Assembly (NCBI GenBank): GCA_951406725.2
Contig: OX597825.1
Coordinates: 22,258,001-22,322,000, forward strand
Source: Octopus vulgaris
Lineage: Eukaryota
Length of the DNA stretch: 64,000 bases
Direction: 5' to 3'
The position numbers were made by a program, and so were the translations under genes. Under the pieces are notes generated by a model. The model was not told where the DNA came from. It worked only from the letters and a program-made list of their open reading frames with translations, and did no database searches. Below are positions 13,504-27,089 of the stretch, in pieces. Numbering within the stretch: position 1 is the stretch's first letter; every line of letters begins with the position of its first letter.

Positions 13504-13710
13504 TAGGGGCAAGGATGGCTATATTGTAAGACGTTTCCTTCTCAACTACATTGTCTCGGTTTCACTTCCATTCGCTGGCCCCTTCAGCAATTGTTTTACT
13601 ATAACCTTGCCCCCCCCCCCGCCTTATGTGCGGAAGTGGTAAGCGGAAACTTAAAGAAACCAGCTGTATATGTATGTATGTATATATATATGTGTGTGCG
13701 TGTGTCTTTG
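13504..13710 (+). mobile_element. SINE family B, highly diverged 5' part
   Basis: ggcaaggatggctatattgtaag...ctactataaccttg...gccttatgtgcgga. Confidence 0.5.
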
Positions 13711-13714
13711 TATG

Positions 13715-14745
13715 TGTTGTGCGATAGTACGACACCCCTGGTGAAAATGGACTGAACCACTACATACAAATAGTAGCAGTCTGAGTAAGCGAGGGTGTTT
13801 GGGGTGCAGGCCGCCTCTATGTTTTGCATGTGGGTGAAAGGCCGCATGAAACAGAGAACAGACGTAGAAGCAGAAGAGTATGGACCAAGTAGTATAGGTG
13901 GGGATGGAAGAAAAAAACAACAGAGGATGGATTCATGGTGGTGGAGAGAAAAAGGAGAAGTGGAAGAATCAGCCCGCCGCCAGAGAACCAGAAAAGGAGT
14001 TAGATTGTTGCTCCTGGAGAGATTGTTGTTATGTACTGTGTGGTTACTGCCGATTGTATATTATTACTTTGTTGCAGTATATTCATTTATCCATAAAAAT
14101 ATAACATCTGGTGATGGGGATCGTTCGAAACTGGTTATTTGACAATTTTTGCGTCATGGAAAACCTATTAGCTGCAGTAGTACAGCTTCAATAGAAGAAA
14201 CAGGATCAACTACAGGAGTTGCAAAAACAAATACAACAACAGCAACAATTAATTGAGTTACAATCGGTGAAGTCCGAAAATCCAGCAAACTAGTTTACGC
14301 CAGACGGCGTATAATCCAAGGAAGGATATTACGTTTCCTGCGTATTATAGAAGATACGAGAAAATTTTTAACTAGTGCAAGCCATGGTTGGAGGAGCAAA
14401 AAGTAAAGCTTTTACTATGCAAGGTACCTCTTACCGAACATGAGCGTCACTGTAACTTTATTCTGCCCCTAAAGTCGAGTGAGATTGTTTTCCATGAAAC
14501 CGTGGAACGGCTTTCAAACATTCTTCGATAGAAGTTCATTATTCAACACTAGAATGGAGTGTTGGAACTTAACAAAGAAATGAGGAGTAGGATTTTATCA
14601 CCTACGCAGGAGTAGTCAACCATATGAGCGAAAATTTCAGACTCCAGGATCTCACTCAGGATATGTTCAAATTATTTTCGTCCAAGGATTTGTAGCAGCC
14701 GGAGATAGAGAAATTTGGACAAGGATTCTCTCGAAAATGATTCAT
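13715..14745 (+). mobile_element. Gypsy-type LTR retrotransposon relic: 5' LTR, PBS and gag start
   Basis: TG...CA segment 13715-14106 is followed by TGGTGATGG (PBS) at 14109 and an ATG at 14156. Translation gives MENLLAAVVQLQ*KKQDQLQELQKQIQQQQQ, then ITFPAYYRRYE, NFILPLK, SSLFNTR and DFITYAGVVN motifs of K02A2.6-like Gypsy gag, with multiple frameshifts. Confidence 0.8.
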
Positions 14746-15263
14746 TCAATTAAAATTTCTTCAATGCAAAGCACCAGTATAGCAGCAGGCTAACTGCAGC
14801 AAATAAAAGATAGCATGTGTGTGTCTGTGTGTGTGTGTGTGTGTGTGTGGCTGTCCTGCAAGGGACGATTGATATTGTTGTTTAGCCCCTCCCTTTGAGG
14901 GGTTTAGAAATTATATTTTTATTTTATTAGATGAGTGAATGTGTGTTGCTTTAAAAACTATATATTTTCGAACGATGAATTCAGCAACTCCACCTAACCA
15001 AGCAGCTAGTCTATGTTGATAAATGGCAATAACTCAGAAACCGGTCCACAGATGATGTTTTGTGCTGGATGGGAGTGCTAGAATCCCTGTTCGAAAATAT
15101 AAGGACACAGATATTGTGCCATATAGTTAATTGGAAACGATATTTCCTGGGGCTAAATATCAGTAACAATCGTCCCTCCCAGGACAGCCACATTATGTTG
15201 GCAAATAACCTCTATTTTCAAGAACTGTCACTGAATATCCCTCTTTAGAAATAATAATGCTTC

Positions 15264-15309
<46 letters not shown>

Positions 15310-15310
15310 T

Positions 15311-15552
15311 TTATTTTAAGCAGCAGAAAATTCAACAAAATCTGTTACTCTGAGTTTCTCGTTGCCGTTCATCAGACAGTTTTTGCTAGATGAACAGTTT
15401 TTTCTAGCAAAAACTGTCTGATGAACGGCAACGAGAAACTCAGAGTAACAGATTTTGTTGAATTTTCTGCTGCTTAAAATAAGCATATTACTCTACCACT
15501 GGTATTTGAGTACTCTTTTTTCCACCTTGTTTCACATTTATGTGTTTACTCC

Positions 15553-15553
<1 letters not shown>
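15311..15553 (+). mobile_element. Fold-back, hammerhead-containing Penelope-like non-autonomous element in (TA)n
   Basis: Perfect 80-bp arms at 15311-15390 and 15403-15482, a unique 71-bp tail, and (TA)n on both sides. Confidence 0.75.
15410..15455 (+). ncRNA. Minimal type I hammerhead ribozyme (mirror copy on the minus strand in the left arm)
   Basis: CTGT-CTGATGA(15418)-A-CG-GCAA-CG-A-GAAA(15435)-CTC-A-GAG-TA(15447)-ACAG. Confidence 0.65.
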
Positions 15554-15593
<40 letters not shown>

Positions 15594-16834
15594 CATTATA
15601 GTCACCTTATGATTTATATGGATAAGACCATACAAAATTCTGGTGCATCTAATGATTGTTATAAAAAAACCTAAATCTTCGCTCTATCCGGGAATTCCTT
15701 TTGTAACATACCTTAGGTACCACTGCGCATGTGATAAATTGATAAACCCCATTTCAAATGTTATATATATTTATTATAAACTAAAGCCGTGGATATTGTT
15801 TGTAGGTAACTGAATATAAAAATGAAATATCTTCCAATATGAGTTTAAGTTGGTTTAATGTTGCAAAATAATCCAAATATTTCACATCAAATGTTTTTTT
15901 CTTAATTCTAAAGCCTGTAGAGTGTTAATAAATTGATGTTTTCTTTCAAGCAGTTGAAGAATGAAAGTGAACACTATAGTTGTTGCTGGAATTTAATGCA
16001 AGCTATGTGATGTAGCAGGTGTAGTTTCTGAAATCTTGTAACAACGGAAGATTATTAATATCAATGACACAAAATTAATGATATCCAATTGGCAGCCAGA
16101 TATATTTCAAAATAAAACACTGCATCACCTTTTCTATTGTTGCCATGAAAACCTTTAGCTTTAAACGAAAAAAATTACACATAAGATATAGCTGTATATT
16201 CAATAGCATTCTTTATTCAATATTTTATTAATATATATTATTTCTCTAGCTATAAAAGATATTGTTGTTTTGAATGAAGACATAAATATATCTTTAAAAA
16301 TTCTTCGTTTGAGAGACAACATATACGATATATTGTTTCTGTCACATTTACATTTCCTCGTATATCACACTTAAATGTAGTATACTATATTGTTAATAGA
16401 ATTATAACTAAATATAGCAATTTAAGATGTTCACCAATTCTTTGCATCAAAGAAACTTTGGCTTTCATTCTAAAAGTAACAAAAAAAATCATAGAAGTGT
16501 TGAGCTTTACTAGTAGTTCGGCACATCTGTAAACGCCCACGAATATAAATTAATATATTCTAAATTGTCGTACTAATGTTTTATAGTTTTTCTTATTGAG
16601 TTATTTCTGTTTGCATGAAATGTGTTATAGAACGTTATCTTGTGGTGATTAGGATCGAAAGAATAAGGTTTCGATTCTCAAACCGAGGAACGGTTTCTTT
16701 TTTTCTTTTTCAGCAAATCAGTTTTTTTTTTCTTTACTCAACTAAGAAAAAAAAGATGGGGTACTTAGCCTCAGTAATTAATCATTTCACAGACTGTCAT
16801 CCTATTCAATATTCGATAATGTTATCTATGACTT

Positions 16835-17258
16835 ATATTTCTTGTTTCTTTATTGCCCACAAGGGGCTAAACATAGAAGGAACAAACAAGGACAGACAAA
16901 GGGATTAAGTCGATTACATCGACCCCAGTGCATAACTGGTAATTAATTTATCGACCCTGTAAGGATGAAAAGTAAGGTCGACATCGGAGGAATTTGAACT
17001 CACAACGTAGCGGCAGTCGAAATACCTATTTCTATACTACCCACAAGGGGCCAAACACGGATAGGACAAACAAGGACAGACAAACGGATTAAGTCGATTA
17101 CATCGACTCCAGTGCATAACTGGTACTTATTTAATCGACCCCGAAAGGATGAAAGGCAAAGTCGACCTCGGCGTAATTTGAACTCAGAACGTAGCGGCAG
17201 ACGAAATACGGCTACACATTTTGCCCGATATGCAAACGATCCTGCCAACTCGCCGCCT
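16835..17258 (-). mobile_element. SINE family A, dimeric
   Basis: Two tandem ~180-bp bodies behind one tRNA head (rc ggcggcgagttggcagga). Confidence 0.9.
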
Positions 17259-17829
17259 TTCTATGGCTTATATTTCATGGAAGCCAAGTCAAAGTCGAGG
17301 TTCATAACTTTATACAATCAAAAAATATATAAGAAAAATATGCTTACAGCTTATTTTAGAACATTCATGAATATTTAAAATTTTATAGAATATCTCGAAT
17401 ATAAACGCTTTGTGTTAACATGTTTGACTGACATCAAAATCCAATTTAGACTGCAACACACAGACGGAGAATAACTGTTTAGACCTAGGAGAAACAAAAC
17501 CACCTTCATTACCCAGCATGCACATCAATACCGAATTGCAAGCGCTTCACATCACATGTTTACACCTTCAGTCTCTTACGCTCCTACATATGGCAAAGTA
17601 ACATCAAAACCAATCTAATCTCATTTGATGCAAAGGATAAAGTATTTAGGAGTAATATTTTTGAAGCTTCGCGAGATACACAGTTAATCTACTTTATAGG
17701 TTATTAATTAAACTTAGGTTACGAGTTGAGCATTTGCATAACTGTATTATAGGTCTCTTGGATTTCTGAAAGTTGCATGAACTGATAAACGACAGATGCA
17801 CCATACAGCAACTTTCAGACATACAACAT

Positions 17830-18056
17830 ATTTATTTACTACCCACAAGGGTCTAAACACAGAGGGGACAAACAAGTACAGAGAAAGGGATTAAGTCGAT
17901 TATATAGACCCCAGTGCGTAACTGGTGCTTAATTTATCGACCCCGAAATGATGAAAGGCAAAGTCGACCTCGGCGAAATTTGAACTCATAACAGTAGACG
18001 AAATACGGTTACGCATTTCGCCCGGCGTGCTAACGATTCTGCCAGCTCGCCGCCTT
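17830..18056 (-). mobile_element. SINE family A
   Basis: rc ggcggcgagctggcagaatcgttagcacgccgggcgaaatg...gagttcaaat. Confidence 0.9.
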
Positions 18057-18180
18057 GGTTCAGACATACAACCTGCCTACATCTTGTCCGAACACTTGGG
18101 CATAAAAAAAGAGAACTGATATCGCTGGCAGACCGATGATTCTAAGTGCCTTATCTGTGTGTGTATGTGTGTATGTGCGT

Positions 18181-18182
18181 AT

Positions 18183-18277
<95 letters not shown>
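18181..18277. repeat. (CA)n(TA)n microsatellite
   Basis: Direct reading. Confidence 0.95.
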
Positions 18278-18278
<1 letters not shown>

Positions 18279-18337
18279 GTACATGCATAAATACATATAT
18301 ACATATTGGTTTATTATTTTATATTTTTCATCTCAAA

Positions 18338-19125
18338 GGGAGTGGCCTTGCTGGAGAACCACCAGTGTTATCACCTTTTCAGTAGCCATAACCACAAGAT
18401 TGGCTTTTGCGAAGGAGGTAGTTTCGATATAGTTAGCCCCCTTTTGAATATCATGCCGTGATATAGGTTCATCTGGGTCATTTCTCTTTTTTTTTGGTCT
18501 TTTACTTATTTCAGTCATTAGAATGCGGCCGTGCTTGAGCACCACCTTTAGTCGAGGAAATCGACCCAAGGACTTATTCTTTGGAAGCCTAGTACTTATT
18601 CTATCGGACTCTCTTGCCGAACCGCTAAGTGACGGGGACGTAAACACACTAACATCAGTTGTTAAGCGATTTTGTGGGGACAAACAGAGGCGCACAAACA
18701 TATATACACTCATACATATACATGACGGGCTTCTTTCAGTTTCTGTCTACGAGATCCACTCACAAGGCTTGGTCAGCCCGAGGCTATAGTAGAAGACACT
18801 TGCCCAATATGCCACGCAGGGCGAATGAACTCAGAACCATGTGTTTGGTAAGTAAGCTACTTACCTCACAGCCACTCCTGCGCCTTGGGAAACAAAAGAT
18901 GAAGTTGTTTCTTGAAGACATTTCCTACTCCATGAAGTTCCTTCTGATATTTTGGCAACGTAGTAAATAGCTGTAGGACCTTGAAACCTAAGCAAATGTA
19001 GTTCATGATCCTCAATCTATACGAGGTAGCCAGGATCTTTGTAAAAGTGCAGTGACATCCCGTTTGGGGTTTCGTATACATCCTGATGCCAAAATTTGGC
19101 GCAAGATCCTCTAGGATCTTCCATG
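18338..19125 (-). mobile_element. CR1-like LINE 3' fragment interrupted by a SINE
   Basis: WKILEDLAPNFGIRMYTKP..QLFTTLPK..FKKQLHLLFPK, then the SINE, then DPDEPISRH. Homologous to 36910-37430. Confidence 0.8.
18482..18884 (-). mobile_element. SINE family B (tRNA head + CORE-like domain)
   Basis: rc ggcgcaggagtggctgtgaggtaagtagc...tgggcaagtgtcttctactatagcc. Confidence 0.9.
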
Positions 19126-19139
19126 CTTAGATCACTACA

Positions 19140-19865
19140 TAAAACTTATAAACCGGGGCCTCGTAAATTGAGGTATTACTGTAATTGACAGTCAGAAGGC
19201 TGCTCTTTTCTTGTCATCTCTTCTGACTTATTAATGGGTAGAATATGCGGAAATCATTCGTAAGCATATTTCCTTTAATTATGCGCTAACTGAATAAATG
19301 TGCAACTAAATGACATTGTGGTTAGTAAACCAAGTAACGACATATAAATGGATGAATTGTAATAACATCCAAGCACAGGATCCTAATTTGAACGACGTGC
19401 TAAAGTTTCTACTACGAAAGCAAATGCTTCTACATGTTACCGATAAATTTATAGAGAACGAAAAAAAACTTCTTCTAAGCAAACAAACAACTCTAGACTT
19501 GTTTTTCAAAAAGAAGTCTACAAGTATGTCTACGAGTGCTTGTGAATCAGCGATCGCGTCTACAAGTTGTGTTCGGGAATCTAGTGCGAGTGAAAGTGAT
19601 TCAGAAAACTGTTATAATAATACTTTTATCATAAATTATCTTGACATTCTTCTTACTTTACGTAAAATATTCTTTACATTCTACTGTTTTTTCTATTGCC
19701 ATCTATTTAGAAGTATCATAAATTTTATTGGTACTCTATTTCTCTGGGGACAAATTACGATTAAGAATATTGATATTATGGGGTATAATTGCTCTGCTGT
19801 ACGGGTTTTCGCTTTTCGAGCGGTCTGTGGGGAAGAATTAACTTGTATATCGAGGTATTACTGTA
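19140..19865 (+). mobile_element. Tigger/pogo-type DNA transposon 3' relics
   Basis: KQTTLDLFFKK C-terminal motif. Terminal gaggtattactg|ta occurs at about 19182 and 19865. Confidence 0.65.
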
Positions 19866-20254
19866 TTAACTTACTATCCAGCGGGCTTGCCAGCAAGAAG
19901 GCCAACACAGAAAAACATAGAGTAACTCTTTAGGTGGAAGATAGGGGCGAGATTTAACGATTTTGTAATATACGTGATTAGAAACGATACACTCCGAATA
20001 AAATGTTAGAAGGGGGCGCCCCTTGTGAATGAAGGATTAATACTAAAATTATGGCGGAAATTTTGAGATTAAACAATAGCATAAAAAAACAAATAATAGT
20101 ATTCGTACAAAGCTTTTTAGTTATAAATTGTCTAAAATCATTTTCGAAGAGTACAGTTATCATCATTCATTGTGTGCCCGCAATAGACATGTGGTAGTGT
20201 TTGAAACCTCTCCTTTAGGATGGATGACGTTTCAAATAAGATTTTGTAGACCTA

Positions 20255-20473
20255 TTTTTTTATTATCAACAAGGGGCTAAACAGGGACAGACAAACGGAT
20301 TAAGTCGATTATATCGTTCCCCCTCAGTGCGTAACTGGTACTTAATTTATCGACCCCGATAGGATGAAAGGCAAAGTCGACCTCGGCGGAATTTGAACTC
20401 AGAACGTATCGGCAGACGAAATACGGCTCCGCATTTCGCCCGGCGTGCTAACGTTTCTGCCAGCTCTCCGCCT
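20255..20473 (-). mobile_element. SINE family A
   Basis: Same head and body as the other copies. Confidence 0.9.
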
Positions 20474-20930
20474 TAAGATTTTGTAGAACACTAACATGAA
20501 TTAAATTATTCCACATAATCGAAAACATAAGAGTATCACAAATAAATCAGAATTTCAATGTTTTTGTAAAATTTATTTTATAAGTTTACTTGAAACCGAA
20601 TTTTATTATTTCAAATTGGACGTCAACAGAACAAGGCTCCTGAATAATTTTTTTAACAATATAGCAGCTGAATCAGAACCTGACCGTAATAATATAAGCT
20701 CATTAAACTCCTTAGCAATTAATCTGTCAAATGGATTATTTATAACATCATTTCCGTACTATTGTGTAGTTTAATTTCTGATAAGTAATGACGATTGCCA
20801 AACCAATGCATTATACGCTGTCACAATATTTGCATTCTTCCATTCATCAACGAGCAAAACGTAGAAATTTATTAACATTTCGCATACAAAAGGAAATAGT
20901 ATTTATTAAGTCGAAATTAATTGCAAGAGC

Positions 20931-21329
20931 GGATCTTTTCGGTTTGAACTGTAGTTGTCACCCGTAATTATGTCCCTAGTATCGATCTATTGCATTTCAA
21001 TCTGTTTTAGGGTTAGGGTTAGTTAGGGTTGGTTAGGGATAGGTTAGGGAAGGGTATCTTTTTTTCTTCACAAATGTAAATAAACCCAATCTGTTTCTTA
21101 AACGAGGGACATATTTATACGGCACAGAATGTTATTCACCTCAATGGACGTCATTGGTTGGTTGAAATTGCAGGAATTGAAGAGAAAAACAACAAATATC
21201 TTACAAACTATAGAATTTTCTCAAGAGAAAAAGATGCTTTATAAACACATTCTACCAGTATACGAAGTTTAAAATTTTTTAGTTACTTAGAAATTATGTT
21301 AAAAAGTGCCGTTTAAACGGAAAAGATCC
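20931..21329. mobile_element. MITE with GG-start TIRs, 8-bp TSD and internal TTAGGG repeats
   Basis: TIRs GGATCTTTTCGGTTTGAAC / GTTTAAACGGAAAAGATCC. Flanks are GCAAGAGC and GCAAGAAC. Confidence 0.8.
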
Positions 21330-23332
21330 GCAAGAACCACCAGAGAAGTACGCGAGAATTTCGATCTTATTAACATACATGGGAGACAATACAAGACTAT
21401 AACGTGTATTTTCATGTTATTAGCTGGGTTCTATTCATGAAGTTATTGCCGATGGTATCAGTGACAAAATATGAACTTCATAATTACGAGCAAATTTTCC
21501 TCCTGGCAAATAAAATAATTGAAGAAACTAACCTTAACCTTAACTGTGATGCATCACTTGAAATATTTTCATCCTTACGGAAAACTAAAATTTCATTAAA
21601 TCCTAATTATCGTTCTCTTTACGGATCAAGGTAATACATTTTCAATGAAAGACAAACGTCAACGGGAGGGATTTAATTCAAAAACCAAATGCGCATAACG
21701 GAACACTGTGAGCCATTTCATTCGTCACTCCACCGATTCTGACAACCCGCTATTCTTGGCTTATCTCATGATAATATGAATTCGTTCCATCACAGCTGAG
21801 CTTGTGGTTCCAATGAAAGAATATATTCGAATTCTTAATTCTCAGAACATAATGTCCTCGATACGTCGGCGTATTCGCAGCGTTATGAGAACCTTGAGTA
21901 GAATTATAAACTATATTTATTTCTGGACCTCTGCACTTTGAGCTCTAATCCCGCCGGGGCCAACTTAAGCTTTGATGTCTTCTGAGTCGATAAACGCCGG
22001 ATTAAGTCACTCCTCTCGTGCGTCCTACGCTCTCCCTGTATCAACGACGTTAAGTAGGCATAGAAATAGATACTCTCATTTTACTCCATCATTCAATTAT
22101 TCTTTTACCAGGTTGTTGTGGCCAAAACTACAAAGAAACAACATCACTTAATATTGTGATCGACCCAATTTAAATGAACAGAGTATCATTCTCGTTAAGC
22201 ATGAGTCGAGTGTTAGGTCGGCAAATTTTGTGTAGCGCATGGTGAATGTTCAAGAGTCGGCTATATTGATGTTTGCTAAAGTGAGAATAAATGAAACGGC
22301 CAGTCGGCGCTCTCTTATTGCTCAAAGTTCATATCATGTTATTAATCACTCGATGCAATTAACAAGATAATACATCATAGCTACATTGTCAAATATATGA
22401 AAATTAGAGTTAGATTCGGGATAATCGTTAAATTGACATTAAGTTATAGTTAAAGGTGGTAATGTTTACTTCCTTGAAACGTTGAAACACGAAGTACACT
22501 GTGGTGTTGCTACAGAAAATATTAAGAGCACAGTATCCACGTTTATTAAAACCAGATTTCAAAATTGCTAATTATTACGAGAATGTCACCTACAGACACG
22601 CACAAGCTAATTGAGCTGCTGTAGCATCTCGCATTAGTATCTTAAAATATGGACATACAACCTTCGTGGATATTGATTTAAAACAGGACATCAATCCATC
22701 GGAAAATTTAACTTTACAAGTGCCAAACAATGAAATGTGGAATCTACCAAAGACAACATGTACAGGTGCCTGCCTAACTAAAATGCTTTGATAATTTCAC
22801 TTTATTGCGTTTTTTTTATTTAACGTCGATATGTGAGTTTCTCTGTCAGACTAACTTAAATTTTCCCATTTTATTTCAAGAATCTGAAAAAATATTTGTG
22901 AGTAAAATAATGGGTGTATGGCTGATATAATGTAATATACGGTACACTTTCTTACGAAAATACTTGTAAACTTTTATTGCAGCTAAAAGTGTAAGAAATG
23001 AATTGTCAAATCTATGTCGACTGGAATATGAAATTTCATATTAATGGTGCTACGTATTGCAGGCTAATCAGACATAAAATTACATCGCTCCTATATTGCT
23101 AACAACAGCAAACTGCATTGCAAATAGTAAATATTTGCTTTATGATTACTTATAGCAATGAATGTCTGCTAATGAGTTATGGACTGTTGATAGAGCAAAT
23201 GCTTACGTTATGCTGTTATGAACTCCGCTCATTGTAAGTCCACATTATTATTATACAATTTGCAAATCACATTTGTAATGACAATACGCTAGAGTGAGCA
23301 ATTATATATACTGATTATGTTATTTCAAATTA

Positions 23333-23970
23333 GGGTGGTGTGCTCGCAGAATCGTTAGCACGCCGGGCGAAATGCTCAGCAGTATTTTGTCTGCCGTTTC
23401 GTTCTGAGTTCAAATTCCTCCGACGGAGGTTGACTTTGCCTTTCATCCTTTGGGGGTCGATAAATTATGTACCAGTTCCGCACTGGGGTCGATGTAATCG
23501 ACTTAATCCCTTTGTATGTCCTTATTTGTCTCCTCTATGTTTTGCCCCTTGTGGGCAATAAAGAAATAAAAATCGTTAGCAGGCCGGGCGAAATGCTTAG
23601 CGATATTTCGTCTGCTGCTACGTTCTGAGTTCAAATTCCGCCGAGGTCGACTTTGTTTTTCATCCTTTCGTGGGGTCGATTAAATAAGTACCATTTAGGC
23701 AATGAGATCGATGTAATCGACTTAATCCCTTTGTCTGTCCTTGTTTGTCCTCTCCATGTTTATCCCTCTGTGGGCAATAAAGAAATAAATACGTTATTTA
23801 AAATAAGGGCGGTGAGCTGGCAGAATCCTTTTTTATCTTTTCAGTTAAAATTCTGCCGAGTTCGACTTTGGTTTTGAAGGTCAGTAAAATACGTACCGGT
23901 CCAGTACTGGGATGAATCTAAATAACTTAAACACTCTCCCAAAATTGTTAGACTTCTGCCAAAATTTGAA
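23333..23970 (+). mobile_element. SINE family A, tandem cluster of 3 units
   Basis: Units start at about 23333, 23570 and 23808. Confidence 0.85.
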
Positions 23971-26900
23971 ATCCGTATGTTATTTCAAATATCAAAATAG
24001 TAACAAATGTTTTCTAGAATTGTGAGATCAACAATGTTGTAGAGATGTCATGATGGCTCGCAATGGGAATATTTTATGTTGGTTCCTGATATATGCATTT
24101 GTCTTCAACATTATCACCTTCAACATCAATCTCAATATCATCATTGTCAAGCAAAATTCAATTATCCTCTATCAACTGAAATATAGTGTTTATCAGAGGT
24201 TTTGTTCATCAACCCTCATAGACTACCAGTGGATCAGAATTTTAAAGAAGTTAGAAGAGTACTTGTGCCAAATTATTAAGATCGAATTGCAATTGGAATT
24301 GCCTGTAGTTTTTGTCCATATATCCGTAGAAGAATGTTGTATGAAGCGTAGCCATCAAGAAAGTTTAGGAAACAGTAAAAATTTCGTACGCTACAAAATA
24401 AAATGTACAAACTATGGTGGAAGAGATGTGCCATATATTTGATGAACAAAAGTGCTGTCTGATTGGTCTTTGAGCATTTTAAATCCCACATTGGTCTTTA
24501 AGAATTTTAAAACAAGCTTTAATAAACGCTTACTTGTCCACAACATATTCAAGACAGGTAAAATGATTTCTGAGTCAGCTATCACTTCGTAGAGCATCAT
24601 GCGAAAATAGTTAATGCCAGAGAATTTTAAAATCTTTTGAAAGAACAAGAGGATGCATTTTTTATCGACGAATTTGGGTTCAAGATTTGCATAAATATGG
24701 TAAAGCTTTGAATAATTCTTTTGGGGACAGTATGTGTGTTGTTTTCGCAAATTATAAGTTGGTGTACGTAAAACTATGAACAAAACATGAGGAAATCTAC
24801 TGTAAACAAGAAATTCTGTTATACCTCCTAAAGTTTTATGATTTTCTCAAAACATGCTTTTCATTGAATCGATGCAAGATACTTGGGACATTGTACGCTG
24901 ATTCTGAGCGATATTCCTTCACATAAGAATAACAGCGTCCAACAATGTTTATCAGTTAATTATATAAAAATACTGTGAGATTCAATTATTACCTCCTTAT
25001 GCATCCGGTTCCATCTCTCAAAAATATGTTGTTTTCTTTTTGTAAGTGGAAGAATTAGATTTGGTGATATGAACCAAAGAATATTCATGGCTTAAATGCA
25101 GTGATCTACACCTAGACTGCTTTTGATTTTCGAAGACGACTCTGCTGGATATTTTAAGAAACAATTGTAAGGAACGCATGTTGAAGCTTACGTAATTTAT
25201 TTTTAACCTATAGTATACACTATGTAGTTTTGCAGCTGATGATCTGAATATTCCTGCTTACGTAAGGTGAAGCAATATTTATTCAGAATATTCAATACTT
25301 TACACAAATTTTTAATATTTATATCGTTTTATAATTCTGCTACATATTTCCGTGTGTCAATATCTATTCATAAAAAAATCACTCTAGCTTAAAGAGATGA
25401 TATCAAAATAACGATGACGAAATAAAGATAGGAAAAAAAGTAACCGAGGCTGATGATAAAGTTGATAATGAAAATGAAGTTTAAAATCACGAAGGTGAAA
25501 TTTATGGTGACGTAGCTGAGGTATATGATATTGAATTTGAATTATTAGACACATTGATTTAAATGTGGTTTTTAATCGGTCATTTAATTGCTAGTAACTG
25601 TAGTCATATATCAGATATAAAACTGTTAAAACCTAATGGTTGACAAAAACTGATACAATTGCATCCATTTATATTTGTAATCAATATTAGTCATCAAATT
25701 TTCTTAATTAGCGTTTTTGTATTCTCCACTAAACCATTTATGAAACATTTCACTAAAATTGAATTATAAATGGATTTGTTGGTATTTCATTGTTGTTGAG
25801 AGACACTGTGACACCGCAATAAAACGTTTTCTAAAGAAGAAGCGAAAGGGTTTTTCTTTTTACAATATGTTTGATTCAACATTTTAATGGCTGATTATTT
25901 GCCTGTTGTGATACAATTATTTTAAAATCAAAACTCAGCCTCAATACACACCATTATGTTGCTTTTCATTGACGTTTCTATTTATCCAACATTACGGAAC
26001 TATCCGTGGTCGTTTGGAGAGGTATAGCTGTCGAGGTTTCTTTATTAATCTTCTTTAGCATTTGGGATGCTATTTCCAAAGTTAGGTCTACGAACTATTT
26101 AGAATCGCTCTTCCATGTTATATTCCACTTTTTATGAACAAAACATCTTCACTCCTGAAGAAAAATCCATATCTGGTTACTTGCTTCTATTGTAAGCATG
26201 TTATAAATCCATGTTCGAGTTGATATGCATTTATAAAGCCTTTCGAAAATATAAAAATATAATTACTATTTATTTGGTCACGACATTGTTTGGAGTTGAA
26301 AAGATATATTGAGGGTTACAATTTATCCCAGACGGATACGTGAGGAAATATATTTGTGCAGTTGTAATTGGAATGTATAACCTGAAAGAGAAATAAAAAG
26401 GAAGTAAAAGTGATACCTTATGAAAGATAATATATGTAGATTGTGCATTTGCATTCATATGAAGGGATCCAAATTGAGCAAACATATAAGATGTCGTTAT
26501 TAAAAGAGGGTCTATGTGATTATTAGAAGGCTGATAAAAATATGATATTAAATAAAAAATATATTCCAAGGAACATTGGAGTTTTCATATACGACGTTCT
26601 GAAGTCAGAGATTCGTTTCATCAAATATTTTCTCACGCTTCCTTTCCATTTGCAACTTTGCATCCGAAACTCTTTTTGAAAACTAATACTATAAGGATGA
26701 ACTTCCTCCTCTTCCCTTCCCCGAATAGTGTGTATGCTGTGTTTATAATCTTTTCTGAACGTAAATTTCAAACAGTACTTTATTTATTACTTTACTATTT
26801 ACAAACTTTGACTCTTGTTTAAAAAGCCAGGAAATCCTCCTGTATCATTACCAAAATATTTGATCGGTATTTTGCATCAACCTTGACATTTATGAGATTT

Positions 26901-27089
26901 TAAAGCAGATTTTCATGATACCAAACTAGAGCCGATTATTATTAATAATTTATAACGTTTTGTAAAAGACTTTAATACTAAAGAAGAAATACACGAGAAG
27001 AAAATCGGTCGGAGATTTATATCTAGTAAATGTGCGAAATTAAGAATAAGAATAAAGACAGACTTTTAGGAAATAAACGTATATATAAC

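Noticed and set aside
19310-19933. 207-aa ORF as a host gene
   Set aside because: It contains a Tigger-type C-terminal motif and reads through the TIR, so it is a transposon relic.
21007-21049. True telomere or chromosome-fusion site
   Set aside because: Only five interrupted units, enclosed by TIRs and a TSD.
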